Assembly: GCA_033442325.1 (NCBI GenBank)
Contig: JAWQFM010000025.1
Span: forward strand, 196,912 to 260,911
Length of the DNA stretch: 64,000 bases
Reading direction: 5' to 3'
Origin: Salpingoeca rosetta
Lineage: Eukaryota > Protista > Choanoflagellata
Part shown: piece after piece, positions 14,665 to 24,694 of the stretch
How the letters are laid out: the number at the start of each line of letters is the position of its first letter
Numbering within the stretch: the first letter of the stretch is position 1
Translations under genes and position numbers: made by a program
The notes under the pieces: generated by a model
What the model saw: the letters and a program-made list of their open reading frames with translations, nothing else
What the model was told of the DNA's origin: nothing
The model's database searches: none

Positions 14665-16383
14665 CTTAGTGTCTGAGTGTCAGTTCGATTTTTTTTGTCN
14701 NNNNNNNNNNNNNNNNNNNNNNNNNNNNNNNNNNNNNNNNNNNNNNNNNNNNNNNNNNNNNNNNNNNNNNNNNNNNNNNNNNNNNNNNNNNNNNNNNNNT
14801 CATACAAGCTGAGCTCAGCTTCGTCGGCATGTGGGTCCTGATTGATGTTGTAAGGTCAGGCCTGCTGGGCGAAATCGAAGAGGACCAGGAAGAGTTGGAG
14901 GCACTGGAAGAAAAAGCTGCGCGACGAGCGTGGCGAGATGCCAACACAGGGACTGTTGGACGCCGTGAGGGCTGAGGAACGGCAATCGCGTCGACAGCAG
15001 GGCAACGTTTCCAGCCGATCGGTTGCTGCTGGCTTCTTGGACACGCTTGCCCGCCGCGCGTTGAAGGGTGTGTGTGAAAGTTGGGGGGGGGGTTGAGGTG
15101 GTGGATGAGACAGGATACTCAGATGGACAGGTGGATCAGACGCATGAAACGGGGCATATTGAGAGCACAAGAGAGACATGCAGATGCAGACATACGACAA
15201 CACATACACACACACACGCACACACGCAAAAGCATATATACAAACACACACACACACACGTATCCACACACACACACACGTACCGTTGCGAGCTTGTGCA
15301 TGTTTTCTGGGGAGAAAGCCTTGATGAAGCGGAGGACCTTTGGCATCTCCTCCTTCTCCAGCGACACCATCAGGTACTTGAACCGCTGCAGCACTTCGTT
15401 GAGCGCCTACATGTGTGTGTAAGTGTGTTGGAAGAAAAAGGCCGTGTGGCAAAGGAAAGAGAGGTGGCAGCAAGTGACGGCGCATGTTGAGCAAGAAATA
15501 AAGAGTACACACTTGCACTCACACGCACGCACCATCACACACACACACACCATCACACGCACACACACACACACGCATACGCATCATCCACGCATACGTA
15601 TCAACCACGCACGCACCGTAAAGTACTCCTTGATTTGCTCGTCGCTGCCGTCCGTCTTGAAGACGCAGAACTCTGCCTCGCCCTTCTCGCACTCAATCAC
15701 GGAGCCGCCAGGTGCTGGGGTGGTGTGGTTGGGCGTGGTGGCAACATGAGGGATGATGAGAAACAAGGGGGGATCGAGAAGTGCTGATCACCACTCAAAT
15801 GGGATCCGCGAACGAACGACACAAAGGACGCAATCCACATGTACACGCACATACAAAGAGCAATACAGCGACGACGACACACCCGCACACTCGCACATAC
15901 ACACACGCACACACACGCAGCACAACACACGCAGCACAACACACGCTAACATGCACACACACACCGAGGATGCCGCCGGCAATGAAGATGTCGAAGAACT
16001 GTTCTGCATAGCGGCGGTAGTCCATGGAGTCGCCCTGGGCAACGAGGTAGTTCTTGACCTGGCGACAATTCAAGGGAAACAACAAACGCGTCAGTTGTGC
16101 CTGCGGCGTGTATTGAAGTCTGTGGGTGTCCGCCACGTGAGTTGATGTACCACGTGCTCAACTAACTGAACGCACCTCCTCGATGTTGCTGCAGGAGTTG
16201 ATGCCGCTCACGAGCTCGTCGCGGAACGTGTTGGGATCAAACTTGACTTTCTCATCTGTAACCGGCAAAGAAACCACGTCACGTGAGCGACAGACACGTG
16301 AGAGCACATGCACGAGTTTGCATGTGCATGACGGTGAATGTTGGGGAGCGTGCGTGGGTGTGCGAGTGCGTCTCGTTCGGCCC

Positions 16384-16478
<95 letters not shown>

Positions 16479-16526
16479 GCGTGACGCACCGCGCTTCCTT
16501 GAGCGGATGGCTCCTTGAACGCTCAT
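13036..16526 (-). CDS. BZW: BZW / eIF5-mimic protein (5MP); C-terminal exon(s) probably in the 12513-12694 gap
   Basis: ATG at 16526: MSVQGAIRSRKR|DEKVKFDPNTFRDELV...|DYRRYAEQFFDIFIAGGIL|APGG..., then VFSAVFSSVSWNKK and ALMKIFDKMVLLMYK. These are characteristic BZW1/2 motifs. Confidence 0.9.
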
Positions 16527-16781
16527 GGTTGGTTTGGTTGTTGGCGTGGGTGTGCAGCTGTGGTGACTGTGTGAATGAAGGCGAACTCGTGTGTGGTTGT
16601 TGGCTGTTGGCGCAGGTGCAGGAAAAAGAAAGAGCAAAAAAAAAAGGCACAAGACGCAGAAAACTGCTGACTCAGGTGGTGCTGGAGAAATTTGGTGGAA
16701 ATCTTCAGCGATGTTGCGGTTCGGAATTCGAGGGAGCAGGTAGGAGTTGTGGAGGAGCGGAATCGAGCGTGGATTTGTGTG

Positions 16782-16941
<160 letters not shown>

Positions 16942-17282
16942 TGCAAGGTCCGCTATTCAAACTTTCAACTGCAACTTTTAGCGTCATGTCAAGGAATTAA
17001 GACTGAAACAACACAAGAAGGCGAGATGATACGTCAAGAGGTCAAGAGCAACCTAAAACTGAAAAAGTTCTGAAAGTAGGCAGAAGAGACCTTGCTCAAA
17101 GGTGGGTTTGGTGACGAAACAGAATGGATTACAAGAGGGACAAGGAGACAAGTGACAAAGAGACCTCTTTCAACAGAGCCAACACTAATTAAGTAATTAG
17201 ACAACAAGCAATCAAACATGGTACGTAACCCTGTCACACGACCATATCGCCAGAGTTTTGCCGCAATGCTTCGGTCACAAGG

Positions 17283-20200
17283 TCAAAGGATGTCTTCATC
17301 AACAGCTTCTGTCCGGCCGCTCCCACAAGCTTTCCAAGTCGAGCTTACTTGATTTGGAATCGGCGTCGTTGAGTGTTGAGCGATCCAATTCCGAACATCC
17401 ACGAGGTCCCAAACGTCGGCAGCTCGCAGATCTCGTGCTAATTCCTCCTGAGGCTGCTGCACAGTGAAGCATGTGGGCACGAGAGTTACGCGCTCTGTAT
17501 CGAAGGGAATATTGGCACGTGCAAGCAGATCTTGGACCTTGTCCTTGGAATCTTGAAGACTGGCGATAAAGTCGGCCTGCGAGCTATGCTCACCCCTCCA
17601 CTGATCTGCTCGATGCAGACATATGAGAACCGGCACAGAGGACTGAAGCAATGCAGCCCGAAGAACGTCGACCGTTGCATTTGCTCGAACCTTCGTCCCT
17701 TCTACAATCAGAATCAGCAGGTCCACTGCAGCAATGCCATCTTGAAAGACGTGGCTCACGACTGAGCCTGTGTCGTCAATGCCAGGAAAGTCAAGAAGAA
17801 CAATGTCACCCTCCACATGGGTTGATAGGGATGAATTTCTGTGATGATCGTGTGGCCCCGGATTGGTGTTCGCAGAAAAGATCTGTTTGAGCATGTAAGA
17901 CTTTCCCAGGTTCATTGCGCCAGCAGCGCCAATGTGAAGCCTTCCAGACAGCCCAAGCCGCAGCTCATGGATCATGCAATGGGCGCGGATCAGGTCCCAG
18001 CTTTCAATGGCGGTGTTCTTCTGCAAGTTGGACTTCAGGATGCGATGATCCCCTTTTTTGAGGGCTGATGGCAACTGAGCAAAGCTTTTGGACAAGAGCT
18101 CGCGCTTCTGAAGGCCGGAAATGGCGGCAGCTGTCTCAACACGAAGTGTCAAAAGGTGTTCGAGGCCAAGCAGATCGACGCACAATCCTTCATCTGAGAT
18201 GGGCTGGCCTTGTGTGTCTTTGAGCCCAGCCATCAAATGAGCGACTTCCCGAAGAGACGACACGGTGAACTGAGTCATAAACCATCTCCACACATCCCTC
18301 GACACGAAAAACAGGCTCGCGTGGACTTTGTTCCACCAATTGAGGGTTGTGCTTGCATATAGCTCTGAGAACGCATCTTGAACTTGAGCAGTTGTACGTT
18401 GCAGGTCATCCTGCTTGTGTATCTTCAGGTTGGTGCTCCACACGTCAAGAGATCGTCGTTCGAGTGACGCAGAAACAATTGCGAGGGCAGTTTGCGCACG
18501 CAGTAAGATTGACGCCACCGCAGCTGGGCCGCGCTGCCTCAATGAGTCTGCCATTTCCGATGGCATGAACTCGGAGCCGTCAGGGAAGAGATTGACTGTT
18601 GGCGCACCCACACGCACGCTTGAACTTTTACCTCGAGGCCCTCGTTCGATGACGTTGAGCGACGCGTCCTCCTTTTCCGCAAACTTGTACAACCTTGTCA
18701 ACACGGTTTTCTCCCATGGAGTGAACGAGGTCTTGTTGAGGGTGCGTCTTGTTTCAGCGCAAGTCATGGCAGTCTCCAGCAAGTCAACAAACGCCACAGC
18801 AACTTCATTTCGTCTTTCTGTACACTCTTTTGCAGATCTACAGCGACGAACACCGTTTTCAAGAAAAGGACGCGACACTTCGGGAAGGTCAAGAAAAGGG
18901 GCGAGCTGCGCTGTTTCAAAAATGCAGTCCAACGTGGAAACCGTATGCTTGACGGCGTGAGTATGCTGCGCATCAAGATGAGCGGCATTTTTTCGGTGAT
19001 GACACGACAAGATGAGGAGTGCGCGGACCAACGCAGCGTGGACAACTTCAGAACTCGTCAGTCTGTCAAACATAGGGTGCAGGCATTTGTTGCCTTCGCT
19101 CAATCTGTGATCTCTGATGTCTTGACGGCGAATGGTCACAATACATTCCTCATCCAAGACTGTCATGAGTGAAAATGCATACTCTTCCATGGCAGGCTCC
19201 AGAACAACTGAAGGAAACTCAAAGCGTGCACTGCTGATGCCACTGAGAAAAGCCACCTGAGCTTGGGCTGGCTTAGAAGTGCCGTCTGTTGTTCTTGTTG
19301 GCCTCATTTCACGTGCCATGAACAGTTTCTTTCCCTGTAGCTCAACTACAAGGCGAGTAGTTGAGTGGACGGCCAGATGAACGCGAATGTCTCTTGGGCA
19401 AAGAAAAGCTCCCTGGAACGGAAAATCGGGTGCGTGTTGGGGCTGGCATGAGACAGTTGGTTGCAACTTCAAACGCACTGCATACGTGCCCAAACTGTGG
19501 GCTGCCAGGAGTTGGCTGTGTGAAGGAAAGCCTCCTGAATCTGTACGATTTAGTTCTGGTGGTATCATTTCCTCGTCATAGAAATGGGGAGTGCCGTCAA
19601 CGTCATCTTCCTCGCGAAAGGACACGGGTGTGGGTAATATACAAACTACTGTGCGTGCCCTGAGTTTGTAGACGCTCCCAAACGGATAGTATTTCACACG
19701 AAATACTCGATGACCTATTTCACGCGCGCCGGCTTGCAGCACGCTTGATGTCACTCGGAGTGCAGCAGCGGCAAGTTTGGCCGGAAGTGGGCCGTGGTCT
19801 GCAAGAGTCGCAACAACCTGCAGTACAGATGTGCCTTTGGCAAGCTCCTTCAACAATTCTGCAAACTTATGCGCTGCGGAACTCAGGCCGTCAGCAATGC
19901 GTTGTTGGTAGAGCGTCATGACAAGTGGGACTATGTCCCCGTCATTGACAATGTGAAAGAAGATATCTCCCCAGCGAGCTTTGATGCACTTTGCAATTTG
20001 CTCATCGCCGACGAGAGGTGATGCAAATGTGACGCATCTGAGATTGGACACCAATTTGTCTCGTGACACGTGAACGAGGTCTTCCAGCAACAATATGCAA
20101 AGCGTTTGGGCCACGGCTCCTCCTTTGGAGTGGCCCGTCACCACAACCTTTTTATTCTCGTTTAGCACCTGCTGAACGATTTCCCGTGGGAACTCTTCGG

Positions 20201-20585
20201 CGCAAGAGAGAAAGCCTGAGTGTACCTTGCCCAAGGACTTATGCGTTTGAGTCAACCGTGCGTTTTTCCACCAATCTGTCGCGTCCGTGGTTCCCTTGAA
20301 GCCAATGTAGAACACGCTTTCGTCCGCATTTGCGCCGATTATCCACTGTTGATTCAAGCTTTCACTTGTCTGACCACGTTTTACGTGTCGAACCTTGTGT
20401 GGAAGACCATTTAGCTGTCGGAGAGTGTGGAGCGGGTTGTCAGAGTATGCACAGATGCTCATGGCCAAAGCACTATCCACGTCCACGTCGCACTGATCCA
20501 GTGGTTTGGGCTGACTGAGGTGGAGGCCGATTCTTTTGACTGCCTTCTGTCGCTCAGACAGTGGCTGTGACAACAGAGGGCCCAT
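17283..20585 (-). CDS. Class-3 lipase + C-terminal P-loop GTPase fusion, copy 1 (about 1100 aa, no coding introns)
   Basis: Lipase motifs FKGT, VHSGF, TGHSKGG, TFASPLVGD, NDGDIVP and AHSLGTY. GTPase motifs G1 GAMNLGKS, G3 DFPG and G4-like CLHRAD. First ATG at 20585. The upstream GTG at 20633 looks like a 5'UTR splice donor (CAA|GTGAGT). Confidence 0.85.
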   Translation of the reverse strand: MGPLLSQPLSERQKAVKRIGLHLSQPKPLDQCDVDVDSALAMSICAYSDNPLHTLRQLNGLPHKVRHVKRGQTSESLNQQWIIGANADESVFYIGFKGTTDATDWWKNARLTQTHKSLGKVHSGFLSCAEEFPREIVQQVLNENKKVVVTGHSKGGAVAQTLCILLLEDLVHVSRDKLVSNLRCVTFASPLVGDEQIAKCIKARWGDIFFHIVNDGDIVPLVMTLYQQRIADGLSSAAHKFAELLKELAKGTSVLQVVATLADHGPLPAKLAAAALRVTSSVLQAGAREIGHRVFRVKYYPFGSVYKLRARTVVCILPTPVSFREEDDVDGTPHFYDEEMIPPELNRTDSGGFPSHSQLLAAHSLGTYAVRLKLQPTVSCQPQHAPDFPFQGAFLCPRDIRVHLAVHSTTRLVVELQGKKLFMAREMRPTRTTDGTSKPAQAQVAFLSGISSARFEFPSVVLEPAMEEYAFSLMTVLDEECIVTIRRQDIRDHRLSEGNKCLHPMFDRLTSSEVVHAALVRALLILSCHHRKNAAHLDAQHTHAVKHTVSTLDCIFETAQLAPFLDLPEVSRPFLENGVRRCRSAKECTERRNEVAVAFVDLLETAMTCAETRRTLNKTSFTPWEKTVLTRLYKFAEKEDASLNVIERGPRGKSSSVRVGAPTVNLFPDGSEFMPSEMADSLRQRGPAAVASILLRAQTALAIVSASLERRSLDVWSTNLKIHKQDDLQRTTAQVQDAFSELYASTTLNWWNKVHASLFFVSRDVWRWFMTQFTVSSLREVAHLMAGLKDTQGQPISDEGLCVDLLGLEHLLTLRVETAAAISGLQKRELLSKSFAQLPSALKKGDHRILKSNLQKNTAIESWDLIRAHCMIHELRLGLSGRLHIGAAGAMNLGKSYMLKQIFSANTNPGPHDHHRNSSLSTHVEGDIVLLDFPGIDDTGSVVSHVFQDGIAAVDLLILIVEGTKVRANATVDVLRAALLQSSVPVLICLHRADQWRGEHSSQADFIASLQDSKDKVQDLLARANIPFDTERVTLVPTCFTVQQPQEELARDLRAADVWDLVDVRNWIAQHSTTPIPNQVSSTWKACGSGRTEAVDEDIL

Positions 20586-21067
20586 GGATGGTCTGTTGTG
20601 TTGTTGGAAGCCAAAGTTCGGAGAGGAACTCACTTGAACCGAAATTGGTCAAGACAGAAATGGTCAGAACATCACACACACACACACACAACCACACACA
20701 CAACCACACACGCACAACCACACAACACACACACGCACAACCAAGTTTTCACGCTCACGCACACAAGACGAACCCATGCGGGTCACATCAGCACATCTCG
20801 GCTAATTTTCTGTGTTTGACAAACGCTAGCAACCGGCCCGCCCATTCCCTGTTTGGGCGGAAAACCGGACATCGGACACCTGCATGTCCGGGTTGCATGT
20901 CCTGTGTGCTTCGGTTTCCTATTTGAGGTGCTTGTTTCGCCAATTTTCGATGCCTCTGGTGCTTTTCACGTGGAGCTCAAACTCAGGCAATGCTTCGGGT
21001 TGAGTTGTGCATTTTCTTTTCCTGAACTATCAGCGCGCATCATTGTGTCACTGCAAACTTACGGAGA

Positions 21068-22588
21068 ATGGTGAATGAGCGACTGCTGGAGCAAAATGGG
21101 GAAGAACAGGAGGGCTACTGCCGAACGTGTTGGCGTAACTGCACACGAGCTGTTTTTGCGTTTTGGCCTGCCGCCCTCTCTGTGCTTTCATTCGGAGCCC
21201 TAGTGGCAGCGGCGTACGGTGCATTGACACCGAAAGACTTTGACGTCACGCAACCGACCCGAGGAGGGCGGTATGAGCTGTTCGAAGGCCTCCTTCTGGG
21301 AGCAGCCGGAGCCGCAGCTCTGGCCGTGCTGCTGGTGATCTGCAACAAGGCCAAATTCGACAAGAAACAAAGCACATCCACGCGTCACACACGAGAATCA
21401 GACGATCAGGGGTGTTGTTGTCGTTGTGGGTATGCATGGTTGAAGCCCCTGTGTTGTGACTGTGCATGGTTGCCTTGCAACATTCACGACGACGACGACG
21501 ACGATGTGGAGTCCAGTGGCTCAGTCTTTGAAACAGACCCCATGCCAGACGACCCGTTTGAGTACGAAGAAAAGGACAAGGCCACCTTGCTCACCAAAGT
21601 GCTTGTGACTGCGTTTACGTGCGTCAAGGTGAAAACGGGGACACACAACTCCCTTCGGATTGCAAATCGAAAACTCGGACCAAGTGGCAAGTACTTGCTA
21701 GTGGGTTGTCTCGTGTTCATGTTTATGGGCATGGGGTGCGTCGTCGTCTATGAGCTTCAAGACCAAGTGTCGACTGCAGTCTGCTTGGAAGGCTATGACT
21801 GTTTCGTCTCGAACCCTAACCGAGTTAGTCACAACTCTGAGCCCGTCAACTGCACGGAAGTGCCATTTTTGAAAGCCCCATTCTACTTTGACTGTCGACG
21901 CCTGCACCCTTTTGAATTCAGCCGCGTGAGCTCGGTGCTCGGCTCTGCTTACGGCGCACTGCAGATCATTCTATTCGCGATCAACGCCTTCGTTGGGTTC
22001 CTGGACAAACAGCCACCGAAATCAAGGCGACAGAACGAACAGACAGGGTATTGTGCCCCCATCACGTCGCTTCCATGGAATTTCGATCGCGTGTTTTGGT
22101 GGATGCTCGGGGCGACCGTCGTGGGTTTAGTTTCACCAACAGTATATCTCGCCGTGTCGTTCTCACTGGATTCACTGAACGCCCCTGGGATTGGAACGCT
22201 GCTCCAGGTCGTTTTTATCATGGCAGGTCTTGTCATGCTTCCCCTCGCATTTTGTTGCAGCAGCCACCGAAACAATGTTGCTTTTGTGACCGTCAAGGAT
22301 GGCGTATTGATGGAGTACTTTGGCAGGTTGTCAAAGCAGGTTCAGGAGCAACAGTCACTCCACCCAGAGCGAGAAGAAGTGCCTGGCAAGCTGGACAGTC
22401 GCCCCCCAACCACCAAATTTGGTGGTCCCAAAGCCACAGAACAGTCTGTCCAACGCATGGCTTCACACGGCAATGACCCGACAACCGGAGATGATGACAC
22501 TGCTTCTGCCGTCACCCCTTTGGAAAAGGGCAAACCCCAAGTCCAGTACGGCACCAGATTAACTTCACATCCCGAGCAAGCTGTGTAA
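21068..22588 (+). CDS. Orphan multi-pass membrane protein (506 aa, about 6 TM, intronless)
   Basis: Six hydrophobic segments, a Cys cluster (CCCRC..CCDC) and a four-Cys loop with an NCT sequon between TM3 and TM4. Divergent from the lipase-GTPase gene. Confidence 0.75.
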   Translation: MVNERLLEQNGEEQEGYCRTCWRNCTRAVFAFWPAALSVLSFGALVAAAYGALTPKDFDVTQPTRGGRYELFEGLLLGAAGAAALAVLLVICNKAKFDKKQSTSTRHTRESDDQGCCCRCGYAWLKPLCCDCAWLPCNIHDDDDDDVESSGSVFETDPMPDDPFEYEEKDKATLLTKVLVTAFTCVKVKTGTHNSLRIANRKLGPSGKYLLVGCLVFMFMGMGCVVVYELQDQVSTAVCLEGYDCFVSNPNRVSHNSEPVNCTEVPFLKAPFYFDCRRLHPFEFSRVSSVLGSAYGALQIILFAINAFVGFLDKQPPKSRRQNEQTGYCAPITSLPWNFDRVFWWMLGATVVGLVSPTVYLAVSFSLDSLNAPGIGTLLQVVFIMAGLVMLPLAFCCSSHRNNVAFVTVKDGVLMEYFGRLSKQVQEQQSLHPEREEVPGKLDSRPPTTKFGGPKATEQSVQRMASHGNDPTTGDDDTASAVTPLEKGKPQVQYGTRLTSHPEQAV

Positions 22589-22937
22589 CACGGATATGCT
22601 GCTCTTGTGCAAGCTGGTGTCACGTTGACATGAGATGTGTCAAGTCTGGCAACGTGCCACCTTTCATTTTTTTTTTTTGTTTTTGTTTTGGAACCTTGAG
22701 TGTTTTCGGGGTGTTCGATTCTGTTTGGGCGGCACCCCCCCCCCCTTAAGCTGTCGGCCTCTCTGAGCAGAGAAATAAACACGTTGCAAGTTCGTACAAA
22801 CTGTGAAATGAGGGGGGGGGGGGGTACGCAGTGACTTGTGTGTCATTGCAGACGGGAGGATAGAAGGTGCCGTGTGTGTATGCGTGTGTGCGTATGTATG
22901 TGCCGAGCAACAGATGAAGCAGGCGGTGTGCTGCGCT

Positions 22938-23361
22938 TCACGACCATTCAATGGGCAGTTGGTGTCTGATATCGGTGAGCCTGTGGGTGTTTGTTGGCGT
23001 ATGCGCGCGTGAGAGCGTATGTGAGTGTGCGGCGTGAAGTTGTGGGTGTCATCCAACGAACATACGTTTTCACACAAACACACCCCAAAACAGCACACCA
23101 CCTCATGAGGATGTGTCCTGAGAGGGAGAAGAGGAACCCGCCGCCCTGCTGCAGCGAAAACATTTTCTTGATCTCCTGTCGTCATGTCATCATCGACAGC
23201 ACGAGGGTGGAGGGTGGAGGGGGTGAGAGAGAGTTGACGTTGACGTGGACAGAAGTAGGAGAAGGTCAAGAGGCGGTGCACGAGTTCAATTACACATGTG
23301 GCGGGCGCGGGCAGAGAGGAAGTGCGTGCTTGTGGGTATGAGCGTGAGCAAGAAAGGAAAG

Positions 23362-23430
<69 letters not shown>

Positions 23431-24555
23431 CACGCACAACCACAAATCTGACCTTGACGTGTCTCCTGTGCAATCGATCCCATATGCGGCGTGTGGCCGG
23501 ATCAAGCGGAGGCGTCACATCGTCCTCTTCATCAACACCAGCACAGCCATCAGCCACACCACCACCACCTTTGTTACCATCTTTCTGCTCTGTCGCAGTG
23601 CTTGTCCCACGGCTGCCACCGTTTATGGCACCTGCCTCTGTCCCAGCATGCGCCTCTCCCTTCTCACCGTCACCACCACCATTACCACCACCACGGCCAT
23701 TGGTGCTGCGGGTTTCCCCATTTGGAAGGCTGCGGCGCTGCAGTTTGGCCAATGTGTCCGCGGCCACGTGCGCCGACCGCCGCGGCTGCTCCTTCACCAC
23801 GACGCTCCGGTCGCTGCAGCACACGGACGCCGGCACAGCCGTTCGCGGCACCGCAGACTGCGCCTGGAGCAGTTGCAGTGAGGTGGCGGTTGTAGCGGGT
23901 GGGAGGCGGTGTTGTGAATGGGAGGTGGTGAGGTTGTTCTCTCCATTCGCGATTCTGAACATGACACAGGGCCATACACACACACGTACGTACATTGAGT
24001 TTCTTTGGAAGTGTTGATGGGTGGAGGGGGATGAGCTCCACATCTTCAATGCCAAACACCTGCGACGCAGACGGAATCAGGTGAGCGACAGCGTAAGCGC
24101 AGTCGCGTTGTGCAATCCGCTGCAGCCACCAACACACACACACACACACACAACACACACACACACACATACCCACCCAACCCCCCCCCAAACGCACCCC
24201 CAACATACACACCGTCAAAGGCTGCACGGTCGATGAGGTCCCATTGCCGGGTGATGCGGGAGATGCGCAGGCAGTGCTCGAGGTTTGCACTGGCAAAGAT
24301 GAGATGCTCCCCGTTGAGGTACACGTCCAGCCGCTGCGCCCCTCCGTGCGCCAATGGCACTCCTTTCAGGCCCGGCAGCGTGCCACCACCACCAACGCGA
24401 GACGTGCGTGCACTTGCGTTGTGCGCGGCAGCAAGCACCGCCTCCACCGCAGGCGCCGGTGGCCGTGCCGGTGGCTCACTACCACCGCGACGCTGCTGCT
24501 GTTCGTGCATCAGCTGCTGGTGGTGCTGTTTGTTGTGGTTGTTGGAGGCAGTCAT
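22938..24555 (-). CDS. Multi-exon hypothetical protein with possible doublecortin (DCX)-like motifs
   Basis: ATG at 24555. Exons splice to ...AQRLDVYLNGEH... and ...RRHVK|EIKKMFSLQQGGGFLFSLSGHILMR|LTDIRHQLPIEWS* (TGA at 22938-22940). Confidence 0.5.
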
Positions 24556-24694
24556 ATCTGGCTACTGTTTGTGGTGTTTGAAAGAAGTGACACATCATGG
24601 CAAATTTTCTACAATTGGTGCCACCAACAACAACTGCGACGATGAGGACTTTGTTGTCGCATCTGAGGATGAGGCAGCAGCCCTGGTGGCAGAG

